The translations under genes were made by a program, and so were the position numbers. A stretch of 64,000 nt of DNA. Origin: Fimbriosthenelais zetlandica. Lineage: Eukaryota. Below, piece after piece: positions 1-13,643 of this stretch; position 1 is the first letter of the stretch, and every line of letters begins with the position of its first letter. The notes beneath the pieces were generated by a model that was given only the letters and a program-made list of their open reading frames with translations, ran no database searches and had not been told where the DNA came from. The stretch spans positions 34,720,001-34,784,000 of the forward strand of contig OZ365115.1 in assembly GCA_977030845.1 (NCBI GenBank). Direction: 5' to 3'.

Positions 1-854
1 CCGTGAGACAGACAACCAGATAGTGGGGACAGTGATGTATTTTAAACATTGAAATAAACCAGGACTTTAGATAAGGCTATCTGAATCCAGAGTGAACATG
101 TCACTTTAACATGACCTTGATGCTTTATTAGCAGACATTCCTCATCTCATTAATCAAACCTAATGTCAAACATTCCATTTATACCATTCACAATGTCATG
201 TCAAGGACAGAGCTATGAACAAAGAGAGCTTTGCCTTCAGCAAGAATCATCCTTCATAATGACTTAAAGATGATTATCCTAGTCCAAATTTAAGGAAATA
301 CTTTTGCTACTTTTGCTAACTAGTAACAGTTCCCAACATAAATTTGATTTAGTTGAAGGCTCTCAGGGGTCTTAATTTGGCTTAAGGAACTATTTAACCA
401 AGTATAGTCAGAAATATGAGCTGCAGTTTCTCGTGTAGCTACAGACATAAAACTGCCAAGAATAATAATTATTCATTTTTCGAGCGTAGTGTTGTAATAT
501 ATTTCGTTATATTTTCTATACGTTTATGGTACAACATATGAATAACTTCTCATGTATTAAGGAAGCTATAATGTGCAACATGTGCAAAATGAAAAACAAG
601 TAGGCCTTAGATGCACAGGAAGTGACGTGGATGGTGCATGCGCAGTGAGATCTAGTGAGGCATTCTGGGAGAGGTGGTGATGGGTAAAATATGATTAGAT
701 TATTCACCGCCAGGTTAGAACAACACAGACAATTGTGTGTTATAGTCTATCCCGACTCACTGACAACCTTAGTTCACTCTTCAGACTCTCATCTCAACTA
801 TAAGAGAGAATCTTGCACTTGCAGTTTTCTGCTTGTTATTGACAGGCGAATTGA

Positions 855-912
855 GAGAGAGATTGAGAAAGAGATGGAGAAAGAGATGGAGAAAGAGATG
901 GAGAAGGAGAAG
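855..912. repeat. (GAGAAAGAGATG)n 12-mer repeat
   Basis: About 4 copies are visible; source of the EKEM pseudo-ORF. Confidence 0.85.
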
Positions 913-3734
913 GGTAGAGTCAAGGTAAAGAGATTAAGATGAAAAAAGCTAGAGAGGGGAAGAGTTGGGGAGCCGAGGAGTTGGAAGGCAAGCAGAAATA
1001 TCAATGGATGACTTATTTCTGCCTTGCTTTTCATTGCAACAACTGCAAAAGTTTCACGGGGTGAAAAGCCAAGGGTATCTGGCATTTAATAGCAACAAGA
1101 GTTACTGCAAGAAAACACCCTAGCAAGGTTAGCGGGATAGATTACGGTGCCATATGGATCTTCTAAGATGTGATGACCTTTCATGACCTTGTGAGTCTGG
1201 AAGAGGGAAACAAAATAACAGTTTGTATAAGGCGGGGCGTAGACTGGCTCTCACTCAGTCTCTCTGCTCCTCTCTACTCTCCTTCTCCTCTTCACAACTA
1301 CTTCACATTATATCGTCAGTATAAATCAATGATCAGAATGATTAAACTAAGTACTTTTACTTGACTCGGGAATGAAAGTTTTGTCAATACTTTTATACTT
1401 CCGAATGGACTCTAGACTGTATTTCTGGACAACTGTTGATTTAAAACGCATAAACATGTGTAGAAATCCTCAATTTAATCCAAATTAAGGGAATAATAGT
1501 TAGAGTGTTGCACAACAATACTTTACTTATGTTTGTGTAATTGTCTCATTATCATATCTTTGAGAAGTCATAACAGTCTGTTGCCGGGGGAAATATTATT
1601 ATTGTTCCATAGAAAAAGCATTTTGGTATGGAGACAAAATGTCCCAAATGTTCTTGAGCACATAGAGCACATTCTAGTCCCCTTCTGCTCTTCTTTGTTG
1701 AAACATTTTGTAAAACTTGAAATCAATTGATCAGACAAGTCATAAAACAGAGCAGTTTGTTTTGTAAAGTGTTGGACCCGCCTAGAGTCAATAGGATAAG
1801 TTAGGACGGGTCTACTAGCTGGAGCCGGAATGTTGGAGGAGGTCTACCTCCCCCCGAGCCATCCTTGAGACTGAAATCTCAACGTTACACTTCACTGATG
1901 GAATCAAAACAAAACACAAAATCCAAGAGCAAGGCTCGCCGCCGGACTTTGATGGTGTTTATTTTATTTGGTTCGCTTTGGTCAATCTTTATTCTAGCAG
2001 GTGTCAGGAGTAAGTTGATGCTCTTCCAAGTAAAATAACCAAATCAAGGGTAGTCAACCAATTCACCTATTTTGCTGGGTGTGTGTCGGGGGGTTGGGGG
2101 CGATATGGTGAGACCTCTGCCATGATTTTGCGTTGTTGAAACGTCTTTAAACCCCTATAAGCAAGGATCCCTGAGTCTGCTAAAGCAATAGATTCTTTTT
2201 TTTGAAAGATAATGTTTGGTTCTCTATGTCGAGTTTAAAACTTTATGTCGATGCCATTTATTCCTTGTATTTGGTCGTACTTGACTTATTCCCATGGCCA
2301 GCCCACAGCCAGGGACCCATGTTTCCAAGCATCTTCAAATATTTGGACATCCAAGCTGATCTAAGGCTGCACATCTGTATCTAGTCTCCTACATAGACAC
2401 CACTGTCCACTGTATCCATGAGGACCCTGGATGCCCCCCCCCCCCCACCCCCCACCCCCAACAAACCCAGGACGAGAGAAGCCCCATCTGTGATCCAGCT
2501 CCATAAAAACTGAGCAAACACCTACTGTCGTTTGACAGGTGAAGGGCGGTCATAAACTTTACATGGCTTCTCCCCTATTATCGCCCATGCTAACTAAAGG
2601 CTGTTCTCCACTGCTACGATTTCCCTTTTGACACAACTCTGACAACATATGCCGCAATGATCAGGGGAGAATGGTCTTTAGATCATTGATACATTAGATC
2701 TTTTTGATTTTCTGTTGCCAATGTTGCCCCCAATACATTATGTGTCATCAATGGAAAACAGCCTGAACGAAACTTGTAGTCTTACTTATGTGTGTCTAAA
2801 AACATACTGTGTCGGTATTGTATCGCACCAGTGAGGGACAGGCTTAAAGACTGGAAGCAACATGAGGAAGGAACCGTTTTTACATTGTGACAATTCAGAT
2901 CTTTTACTTCCTCAGTGGATTCTAAAGAACCGTTTTAAACTAAAACATATTGCTTGTACCAGGGGGTAAGCTGTACCGGGAGAATTGTCGTCCGTTTGAC
3001 TTCTCCAAGTGATTCTTTGTCTGATCCTGAGGTGATACAAAAACATGAAAGAGCACGATGTCACAGTCCGTCCTCTCAAACCTCGTAAATTGACGGAGAA
3101 GTAGGTGCCAGGGGTAGGACCATTGGGACAAGTCTAAAAAGTATGAAAACCATGATGATTCTGCTAGCTTGGTATCTCTCCCTATATCTATCTCTCCCTT
3201 TCCCTCCCTCTCTCTCTCCCTCCATCTCTTCCCCTGTCTCCCTTTCTCTGTCCCTCCGTCCCTCTGCCCCTCTGCCTCTCTCCCCCTCCCTCCCCCTCCC
3301 TCCCCCTCTCTCCCCCTCCCTCCCTCCCTCCCTCTCATGTCTCGCTATCTCTCCCTCTCCCTCTCTCCACACACTCTATTTTGAAGAGACTTGACCATCC
3401 TGGACATTAGGGTAATCTAAAATCCAGACCAGAGACGTGTCGTCTCTCTACTCAGACGTTCCTATAATAATGACCTTTCATTACAATTCAAGATGGCCGC
3501 CATATGGTCGTGAGTGACTGGTTGTTGACGGTGATATATGTCAATGGTTGCCTGGACAACAAGTGTCCCCCAACAGACATTACTTCCCTAAACCCTTACT
3601 CTCTCCCATCCCTTGGACCATTCATTTATAGACCAAAATACAATTTATAAACGAAAGAGATTCAAAGTAAGCGTTTAAATTTGTGAAGTCGATTTTGGTG
3701 CTGTAATATAGTATAAGGGTTTTTTTTATAATAC

Positions 3735-3928
3735 TTTTTTTTGGGTTGTAATAATTGATTTTTGGTTGTAATATTTGATTTTTGGTTGTAATATTTGATT
3801 TTTGGTTGTAATAACTGATTTTTTTGTTGTAATAATTGATTTTTTGGTTGTAATAATTGATTTTTTGGTTGTAATAATTGATTTTTGGTTGTAATAATTG
3901 ATTTTTGGTTGTAATAATTGATTTTTGG
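3735..3928. repeat. 20-21-bp minisatellite, about 9 copies
   Basis: The unit is TTTTT(T)GGTTGTAATAATTGA. It explains the spurious QKINYYN/PKNQLLQ ORFs. Confidence 0.92.
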
Positions 3929-4611
3929 CGGTAGTTGTGATGGATGTAGTTTGGGTGAGAGTGGGTTAAGCCTACGTCCACCCATGTCGACTCAGCCACC
4001 AGCTGGTAACATCTGATAGGTGGCGCTTATCTCAGGCGGTGTCTCACGCCATAGTGTCCCCTGTAAAAGCCGGTGTCTCAGCCCCGCCCCAGATAGTCCC
4101 CGCTATAAAGTTTGGGTGGCTAATGCTTATTTACAATCGGACAAGATCCAGTAGGATCTGACACTGAGGATCGGATAGCGCCCCCCAGATCCACGACCTT
4201 AACATGACCTTGACGTGACCTGAGAATGACCTTGACCTTAGAGATCAGATAGGAATGTGGAGAGAGTGTCAGTGGCGGGGATTCAGATGGCAGCCCGAGG
4301 CAGACAGAGATGTCACGTGATTAGACCAGACGCCTAATGGTGTTGACTGGATTTCTTTTTTCAAATCTGCTACTGAATGGGTCTACATCCCTTCTTCCCA
4401 GTCCCCCGCCCCCCAAATCCCGCTCTCCTCGCTGATAAGGACACACTCGGTGTGATCCATGTGAGGTCTGTGCTGGACTTTGGGGGCTAGACGGACTATA
4501 CCATCATTTGATGTATACACCTGTTTTTATGTTTGTTGAATTTTATTGAAAAATCCCGGATTCCTGTGATAACTAAGAGGGTGGGATTGCTCGGATATAA
4601 CATAGGTTGAA

Positions 4612-4683
4612 CCCCCCCCCCCCCGGGCCCCCCCCCGGGCCCCCCCCCCGGGCCCCCCCCCCGGGCCCCCCCCCCGGGCCCCC
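4612..4683. repeat. (C8-10 GGG)n GC-only tandem repeat, 5 GGG units
   Basis: Directly visible: C-runs are interrupted by GGG about every 12-14 nt. Confidence 0.9.
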
Positions 4684-7600
4684 TGTTGCAAAATCCTGAG
4701 ATAAGGAGACTCTCGTTGATGTGCGTGAGGACCGCCTGATACAGTTAATGTATACCACTCAACAACTACCCTGGTCCCCTGTCTTATCCTCCTCACTGAG
4801 GAATACCCCGGTACCAGGACAAGGATGTTATTAAATCACCTTTTATCGCCCACTCTTCACTCACCACTCTCGCCAATCAGTTTCAACTTTACGACTTCCA
4901 AAATTCCTTTCCTCTTCTTGTCTTCCTCCATTTTCCTCCGTTACGTTTTGTCTTCAAGTGCTGTACTTGATATTATGGCATCTATATAGATTTACTGTAG
5001 GAAGGCCATGATTTTTCAAGACTAAGAAAACTAAGTCTCTGTTGTTTATCCTCTCTTTGACATTTTTCTTTCATTTCTTTAGGAAATTTAATCTATCGTT
5101 TTACATTTTCTTGCTTTCAAAGTGGACTCAAAACTCCCATGGGAGAGGCTTATAATACTGATGGAATACAGTTGTCTTTTTTTTTGGTGAATATTTTTGA
5201 TATAAATTAATGATATGGAACTTAACCTATCCGAAATAACTATTCAACACTGTCCTCACAAGTCCCTAAAACCAGTGGCAGAGAAAACATAAAAAAAAAT
5301 ATGTTGTGGAAATCCGTGGATAAAGAAAAGTCTTCCACCATAGAGATGGTAATGTGATTTCTTTAGAGGAAAGCTTTGGCCGCCATTTTCTATTGATGTA
5401 GTCTCAAAAGTCGAGCAGTGATCCACTATGTGACTCTGATCCGATGGACATTGCTCATAGTGGAGGTGATTCAGGTCTCACCACACACAATACGCTGTAG
5501 TCTTCATTATCACACGTCAGCAGGTGTTTACCGGCTGCCGCGTCTTACCCCTGCCCTGAGACACTGTAGTGAGACCTGAACTGGTCACCGCCATTGATCC
5601 AATAACGTCTGCTTCTACCGCTGGATGGCGCCCCGGATCAATACATCCGCGCGGTCCTCGCATTATGTCCGTCCAACAGACCGGCCTCGGCTTATTCCAC
5701 ACGTAAAAAGAAGCGCTCGTTTCTGGTGAATTTATTGAAAGGTTCTGGGCCGTGTCTTCAATCAGTGGACTGACAAAGCGGGGCTGACATCCGCGCTAAG
5801 TCCTCCCGCGCGATGCCTGCACAATACGCGTCCACCAATTGACCATCGCGCAGTTGAGAAATGCCCTTGGCAGCGCTCCTGGTGGCCGTGAAGCGATCAT
5901 TTTAGAATGAAGGGCACAATCTTGTCTCTGGCTGGGAGGCGGTGCGGAAGCCATCGCTCAAACTCTGTTGTAATATCAGCGAGACGGGCCATTTTTAATG
6001 CACAGTCGTGGATTATTGGCATGGGGGGAGGGATGGTGGAGGGGTGAGGGTGGGGGGTGAGGGGTGAGGGGCTGACAAGTGAGGGAGGAGAGGAGGGGGA
6101 GGAGAAGGCTGGATGTCTAAAGAAAGACATCCAATTCACTGATCCATTTTCTCGTTTATTTCCTGAAAGTTGATACCTGAAATACGGAATTGTCTTCTGA
6201 TATATTTTGTCAATGATCTATGCGAGTCTTCTCTGAATTTATGATACAGATATGGTCCAACTTGGAGATAAATTTGGAGATAAAGAAAAACTAAAGTGAT
6301 GAATTAAATGTCTTAAAGATTGAGAAAACTGAAGAGTAAAGACTGACAAATTGTCTCAGCAAGTCATCTGAAAAATGTCTTGAAATGTTGCCTTTCTCTT
6401 AAATGTGATTGATTCTATTTTATTAAAATATGATCCTAACTTGGTTTGTACGTTTCCATGATGAAGACATGAGAATCTTTGTGGGTGTGGGTTGTGAAGC
6501 CCCTCCTGCTTCCCCCGCCGCTCCATTTGTCCACCACCCTTTACATCTACATGTCAGCATTATGACGGATCGCTTCACCGCCTGCGCTCGCGCCCGGACG
6601 CTCTTATTGCGCATGCTCAGCAAATTGAAAGGCGGAGTAACCAATGAGAAGTTGTCAATGCAGGTCAGGTGGTTTGCCCTGAGCGATATTCGGGGGTGTT
6701 TAGAGAGGGGATGAGTCGGACTAATTTGATATGGACACTGTTGTACATTTCATATTATCTCTGACACTTCCGCCCCAATATGGCTGACAGGGAGAGGCGC
6801 GCCACAGACGGAAAGGCGATTATTATTATGGATAAAATCCAGATGGTCGCCTCGCCTGAAGCTTCATTGAATACTGAGTGATGGGCTGAGAGGGGGAGGA
6901 ATGAGCGAGTGGAAACTGAAAGGCCATAGATTAAAACAAATCTGTCCTCACTCAAGAAGGATTTTTGAACCCAATGGTGGAACTTTTCAAAAGATGATGA
7001 CTTACTCTCAAGTGTGTGCTCTGAAGTAAAGGTTATCCTAGAAATTTCGGAATTTTAGAAACATTTTACTGAAACAATTTATAAGGAAAAGTCTGATGGG
7101 TAGTTCTGTTCTGTTCTTCTCATTTTGGAACAATTTCTAAGGAGGGTTGGGCGAGTGAAACAGCCAACACCCACCCCTGAATCTATACACGAGGCGCAGA
7201 GTCTGGAGTTTAAACACTCTAGATAAGAAGGATTGTCTCTTGTATTACAACTATTTGATAAATCACACTTGAATGTCCTCCTATTGAAGCGAGGCTGGAG
7301 GGGAACCCCCATGTCTAACAACTTGTGTGTATTTACAGTAAAAAAGAAATAAAACCAGCCTCTCTCTTAAAACAATAAGCGGCTTGTCAAGACCGTCTGC
7401 CTGAACCCAATGAGGTGGAACTCGAAGATGGAGAGAAAGGGTGGAACCTGGGAGGGAAGAGTCCAGCGGAGTTGGAACTCTCCAGTAAGAGATTTAGGTT
7501 TCAATAGGAATTCTACCAAATATTTTACCAAATATTATTGAAAGGTTTATTCTTGTAGGCATTGTTTCACTCATTTTGCAATGTTGGATCCGCCCTGCCC

Positions 7601-8834
7601 CCTATTCTTGAGGCTGATATTCCTCTATCTCTCCTTCTCTTTCTTTTTCTCACCCTCTCTTTCACTCTCTTGCTCACTCTCCCTCCCTTTCCATACCTCT
7701 CGACATATCGCCCTCTTTCCCTTTTCTATGTAGTTATTTTCAAATTTATGTGAAATGCCTCTTAGTTGAATAGATCTTTACAGTATACTGTAAACTTATT
7801 ATTTTAAGTTCTATATGAGTCGAAATCACCATCCATTCATTAAGACTATAGTCTTGGACGTTGATTGAAGGCCCTCCATTGAGGACATTGACCTGTATAG
7901 GTGGCGCTGGTGTCGAGGCGGTGGTTTACGGTACTAACTCTGGTCTGGACCGCTCTTGTGTATCTCAGTGTTTATATGGTGAAGCATTTAAGAGTGGCGA
8001 GGATGGGTGTTTGGTAACAATCTACTGTAAGGAGAGATGGACACACGGCTGAGTGTCTACTAGATCGGGTGTCTGCTTCACAGCTTGAATTCACTGAACG
8101 CCACGAAGAAGAGTCTTCCCTTGCGATTCATGCAACTTTTCATTGCGATTTCTTATTGTGATGTGAGTGTACTGTCTATGCCTTCTTGTGACAAGTCATA
8201 GGTGGTATCTGCTTCCATGTGGCATCTAATATAGGTCCTACCTTCTTGCAAAGGTGGAGCTAGTTTACAGAACGACAGAACAAGCAATGAAAACCCAAGT
8301 AGAGCTGACCTATAATAGCATCAGCTGTAGCAAATACTCCAAGAAAATTGTAATGAGAAATCCCTATTGGAGTTAGCCAATAAATGGGTACAAATTTGTC
8401 ATTCATGAAAAATGTCTAAATGGTCCCATTTGGAGAAACCTGCGAGAGTTTGGCGAGCTCTCGCCGGCCTTAAACAATAGACAGTAGAGAGATCTTTGTT
8501 ATAAAGTGTCGTGTAAATCTCTCATGTTTACTGTTAGACATGTCAGACTCCGGTACAGCCAGGACAGACAGAGATGACCTTTGTATACCTACACCCCTGT
8601 CTTCTATCTCTGAGACGCTCTCTGATAAGATGAAAAGATCCAACGGGATTATTTTACTCTTTTTATGGCACGAGGAACATCAATGTCGTGATATCCACCT
8701 CCCAAATAGTCCTGATGCTCCGGATATTTCTTCATGTATTTTATTATCCCATTCAATACATTCCAGTTAGTTGAATTGCCCATATCATTTTAAATCAATT
8801 GATCATTTTCAAATTAATTGGTCATTTTTAGTTT

Positions 8835-10093
8835 GGGGCCGTCCATATAGTACGTAACGCTCCTGGGGGTGGGTGGGTGTTCCCATGAGCGTTACGAAAC
8901 GTGACAAGGGAGTGGGGGGGTCTTTTGCCAGGCGTGACATAACGCGGCCAGTGGTCAGGTATCTTGGCCCTCAATCCCCTTCACGACGAACAGGTCTGGT
9001 CATTAAAAACACGTGGTATTCATATTTGAATGGAAGTCGCACTTGTTTATCTCCATATAATGTTACATATGTGTGAAAAGATAATCGCCTTGGTCAAAAC
9101 GATCCCCTCTCATCTTATAACATCAGAGATATATATAAAAGCCAACAATAAATGTTTAACACTTTAAACTGAAAGACAATGAACCGACCCCTTTCGTACA
9201 TCACCTTCCTTTGATGTAGAAAGTCAGATAATGCTTCGACCTTTCTGGTACAGAAGGGGCGGCCACATTATATTTGTAGCACTTCCTTACCAAGGAAAAG
9301 GAAATGAAATTACATTCTCATATTATCGCAGCTTATAAAGCAGTCTACCAGAGCAAAATAGAAACGAATTCCAACTCGAAATGGCCGAAGTTTGGTCAAA
9401 GATTAAGATTAAGAAAGACGGGAGGAATGTTGGGGAACTTAGGCTACACAGGCTCAAATACAAGAATGCATTGGAATTGTCCTCAAGAAACTATCAAAGC
9501 TCTTCTCATCTTGGTCAAAATTAAGTTCGAGATTTATCTCCACCCCCCAATCATGGATCAATAATCATAGATTTAAAAAAGTGGCATTTATTTTAGCTTT
9601 AATATATTTTACTTAATTTCTTCATAAAAACCTTTCCATTCACTTTAGGGCTTCAAGTAGCTGTCTGTATATATTATATCTCTTACACAACAGACACATT
9701 ATGTTAATTAACATCCTTTTTTGATCTTTTGATTGCGCCTGAAAACCGTTGGGTACCCAATAAAAGTCTAATTTGAAGCAGAGATGTATTTACATCTGTA
9801 CACCATATCACATGTCTAATCATTTTTGTTTAAAAATTCTTTGATGTTTACAAGTTGAAAATTTATCTTGAAACCTATATCATTTGATTTCACCATGATA
9901 CAAAATTATAGGAATTATAAAAACATAGCCTATGTTCATGGGGGCTGGGGGTTTACATGGGGGGGGGGTCTTCCTTCCCGCGTTACGTAATTAATAGGGG
10001 GGGTTGTCGCGAAAGTGTGACAAAACGTTACAGGGGGGTGGGGGGGTTTTGGAAATGGCCTAAAATGGCGTTACATACTATATGGACGGCCCC
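8835..10093. mobile_element. Non-autonomous TIR element, PIF/Harbinger-like, 1259 bp
   Basis: The 26-bp TIR GGGGCCGTCCATATAGTACGTAACGC (8835-8860) matches 10068-10093 at 25/26 positions. TTT flanks both sides (3-bp TSD candidate, atypical versus TWA). There are subterminal CGTTAC/CGTGAC motifs with G-runs and an AT-rich interior without a meaningful ORF. Confidence 0.82.
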
Positions 10094-11089
10094 TTTGGCT
10101 CGGTTCTGAATCTTTTGTTGCAATAAGAGAAACAGTAGAAAAGGATCCTCACTATGGGATTTGTCTTACAGTGAATATAAAAAATTCACTACTTTTGAAT
10201 GGATGTCTATTTAGGTTGAGGAATACCACATGTACCTACATATCTACCCAGGCGACAATGCTGTATAGGTCCCATTCAATGTCCCCATTCTTCTTTTTCT
10301 CCCGGCTCCTGCTCTCTTATTGTAATATTTGTGGCCCATGAGTGGTTCAGTAAAATAATTAACGAAGATCAAGATGGGTAGGACTTGCATGGCTATCTCA
10401 GACTTCTGCAAAAGTTTTTTTTCAGTAAAAATAACAAAACATTGTAATAATCGCAAGGCAATAACCCATTGTGGAGTCACCTAGAAGAAATTAGCAATGA
10501 ATCGTTGCCAAAATGGCAAGGCAAGAAACCCATAGTGGAGTTAGACTTGTGGATTATTGAAATGCTTGCTGTTTTATTGCAATGAATTTCAATGAATAGT
10601 TGCCAGAATCGCAAGGCAGAAAGCCTAGTCGTCTTGTGGATTATTGGAATGTTTGTGGTTTGGGTGTTTTATTAGGTTTGGACCGAGTCTGAGTTTCCTA
10701 TGAGGGGCGGGTCTACCCCGGCACACAGCGCTGAGCGTCTTGTGCAGTGTTTAAAGCACCTTTCAACATTCATTAGATCCCTCTGTTGACAAGAGTACGG
10801 CATCGATTTACCGCGACAAAAAACAGGCAGTCACAAACAAAGAGAGGTCTTTATTAGGTCTGAATGATTATACACAGGCCGAATCGCTATCTCTACATGA
10901 ATAGCGAGAGGCAGATCAGAATACAGGCCCGAGTCCTATAACATTACAGAAACTAAAATATCTTTACAAATATGAATAGAATTATGGCTATTATCTGCTA
11001 TTATAGATCATAATTATGATTATATATCTTCATATTCCAACCCTTCGAAGTTCCAACCCCTGATTAGCATCCCTCCTACCCATTCCCTC

Positions 11090-11400
11090 CCCTATCTCCC
11101 ATCGCCTTTCCCTACCCCTCACCCTCCCCTCCAAACCCCAATGTCCCCGACCCTCTACCCCAAACCCCACCCCAAAACCAAGACGCCCCCTCCCCCCCGA
11201 CATCCTGTCATGAAAATACCCCCCCCCCCCCACAGCCCCATCTCCCTCCTCCCCCCCCCCCCATCTCCCTCCACCCCTCCCCCCCCATGTCCCTCCCCCC
11301 CCCCATGTCCCTCCCCCCCCCCATCTCCCTCCACCCCCCCATCTCCCTCCACCCCCCCCCCCATCTCCCTCCCCCACCACCCCCCCCCCCCCTGTCATGA
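11090..11400. repeat. C-rich low-complexity tandem tract
   Basis: Repeated CCCCCCCAT(C/G)TCCCTCC units; source of the Pro/Gly-rich pseudo-ORFs. Confidence 0.85.
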
Positions 11401-11656
11401 ATATAACCCCCACCCCTGTAATAAGCAGGTCTGTGTGGGATCTTCATTACTCAACCAAATGTTACCTTTAGTTAGATTTATGGTGGAGAGTAAGTGGGGA
11501 TGAATCAGGTTCATCTGGCGGCCGTGATGGCCATATTGCATGATGAGCAGCTCATGATGCTGTAACTAGGCGGTAACTAAGGACAGAGGTGCTCCTAATG
11601 GCTCACAGTGGCACCAGGGGGCGTTTATCACCAGCCCGGGCTCTCATACCGGTACC

Positions 11657-11792
11657 NNNNNNNNNNNNNNNNNNNNNNNNNNNNNNNNNNNNNNNNNNNN
11701 NNNNNNNNNNNNNNNNNNNNNNNNNNNNNNNNNNNNNNNNNNNNNNNNNNNNNNNNNNNNNNNNNNNNNNNNNNNNNNNNNNNNNNNNNNNN
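11657..11792. other. Assembly gap (N run)
   Basis: Run of N. Confidence 0.99.
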
Positions 11793-12497
11793 TTTCTCTC
11801 TCTGCCGATAGTTATATTATTCAAATGAAATTATATCTCATAATTCTAGGCATTTTCCATAAATTAGGTTCTTAAAATATGTCATATAAGAAGGATTCAA
11901 GTACCCTTTTCAAATCGAAATGTGTATAGGGGCCATAATTTTGTCGGTAGTGTGGATCTCCAAATTCTGTGGCTGGTGGGGGACAGTACCTTTTCCCATT
12001 AGCACCAACTCTACTTGAACATCCAGGATCCACCCCTGAAAGGCCAGGAAAGAGCAAGGCCGATCACCGTGTATCTAGGTGCCCCTGCCCGGGGAAGGAG
12101 TGACATGGGGGAGGGTACTGGGGGCGGGAGCTGAGATCCACATTAGAAATAAGGTTAATATGTACCTGCACGTGCAGAGGAGGGTACGATCAGCTGCTAG
12201 TATTAATCTTCATGTGTCTCATCTAAATTTGAAGGAGGCTTCTACTGAACATATTAATTAGGCAATAATCATTTTACTGACTCACTATCTGCACTGCAGT
12301 AGCAATAGAATTATTAGTACAGATTTGAAGATCCATGCTCCTTCTTTCTCTTTCCCTCTGATTCCCTCTCCCGTGCTCTCTCTCTATTTCCCCCTCTGTC
12401 TATTATCTCTCTCTGTCTCGGTCTCCTCTCTCTCCTCTAACTCTCTCTCTTCTTCTCTCTTTCCTCCCTTCCATCTGTCTTCTCTTCCTCCCTCTCC

Positions 12498-12689
12498 NNN
12501 NNNNNNNNNNNNNNNNNNNNNNNNNNNNNNNNNNNNNNNNNNNNNNNNNNNNNNNNNNNNNNNNNNNNNNNNNNNNNNNNNNNNNNNNNNNNNNNNNNNN
12601 NNNNNNNNNNNNNNNNNNNNNNNNNNNNNNNNNNNNNNNNNNNNNNNNNNNNNNNNNNNNNNNNNNNNNNNNNNNNNNNNNNNNNNNNN
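12498..12689. other. Assembly gap (N run)
   Basis: Run of N adjacent to a CT tract. Confidence 0.99.
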
Positions 12690-13498
12690 AATAAGGCCAG
12701 ATATCGCCCACCCCGTCTCTGATCTGTAATCAAATTCCAACCGCTCAATTAACATGTCACCACCAGTCGGCAGTCTGATCGCGACGCGCATGCGTAATGG
12801 CCATCTTAGGTGAGCGATAATAGGGCGGGTCTAATGTTGAGACAGGACTGACCTGAGAGGCAATGCTGGATGGAGGGAGACAGGAAGAGGGAGGGGGAGG
12901 GGAAGAGGGAGGGGGAGGGGAGGGGAGGGGGAAGAGGGAGAAGGAGGAGGAGGGGGAGAGGGTTGGGGGTCTTTCTACAGTATTGGTTTAGAGACTGATT
13001 CCTCTAAATATAAGTCATTTCATTTATTGTATTTGATTAATAGTATGACCTTTCAAAATTCAAAACACATGCACCACGAAAATAATAAAATACCATCTCA
13101 ATTAAAAGTCTATCTCAAATATATCTAGGACAAGAGGAACCATGTAAGCACGACAACAAGATTACTGTGAATGAACCTTTATATTATAATTTAAACAACC
13201 ATTGTGATATTGTTAGGTTTCATAAACACAAATTCTTAAGGACATTTAATGAGTTCAGTACTAAGTAGTGAATAAACCATGTAGTGTACAGTAAGGGACT
13301 TTACCCGAGTCCTCTTCCCCAGAGACACTCCATTAGCTCTAGTAAGTACTATTCTATCTCTGTAGATAGGATTCGGCGCCAAAATAACGTGAGGGCAGAC
13401 AACATTTGTCCTTTTAGAAAGCTTTGTGATGTCAGGACGGACTGAACACTGATACAACGTCAGACGCAGCCGGAAATGGTCATATGTAGGTCAGTGAA

Positions 13499-13643
13499 GT
13501 GCCCGGATGAAGGTCAGAGTGAGGTGCCCGGATGAAGGTCAGAGTGAGGTATGGGCTGTGATTGGTGGAGAGGATGAGAGATAGGCTGTGATTGGTGGAG
13601 GGGATGAGAGATAGCCTCTGATTGGATGAGAGGATCAGTGATA
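13499..13643. repeat. Adjacent tandem repeats: 25-bp x2 and 30-bp x3
   Basis: GTGCCCGGATGAAGGTCAGAGTGAG x2 is followed by GGCTGTGATTGGTGGAGAGGATGAGAGATA x3 (diverged). Confidence 0.85.

Noticed and set aside
1915-1960. KSKSKARRR / PRARLAA readings resembling the MRSKARARKLA N-terminus of MECOM/PRDM16
   Set aside because: There is no in-frame ATG or suitably placed donor, and the match is short; treated as coincidence.
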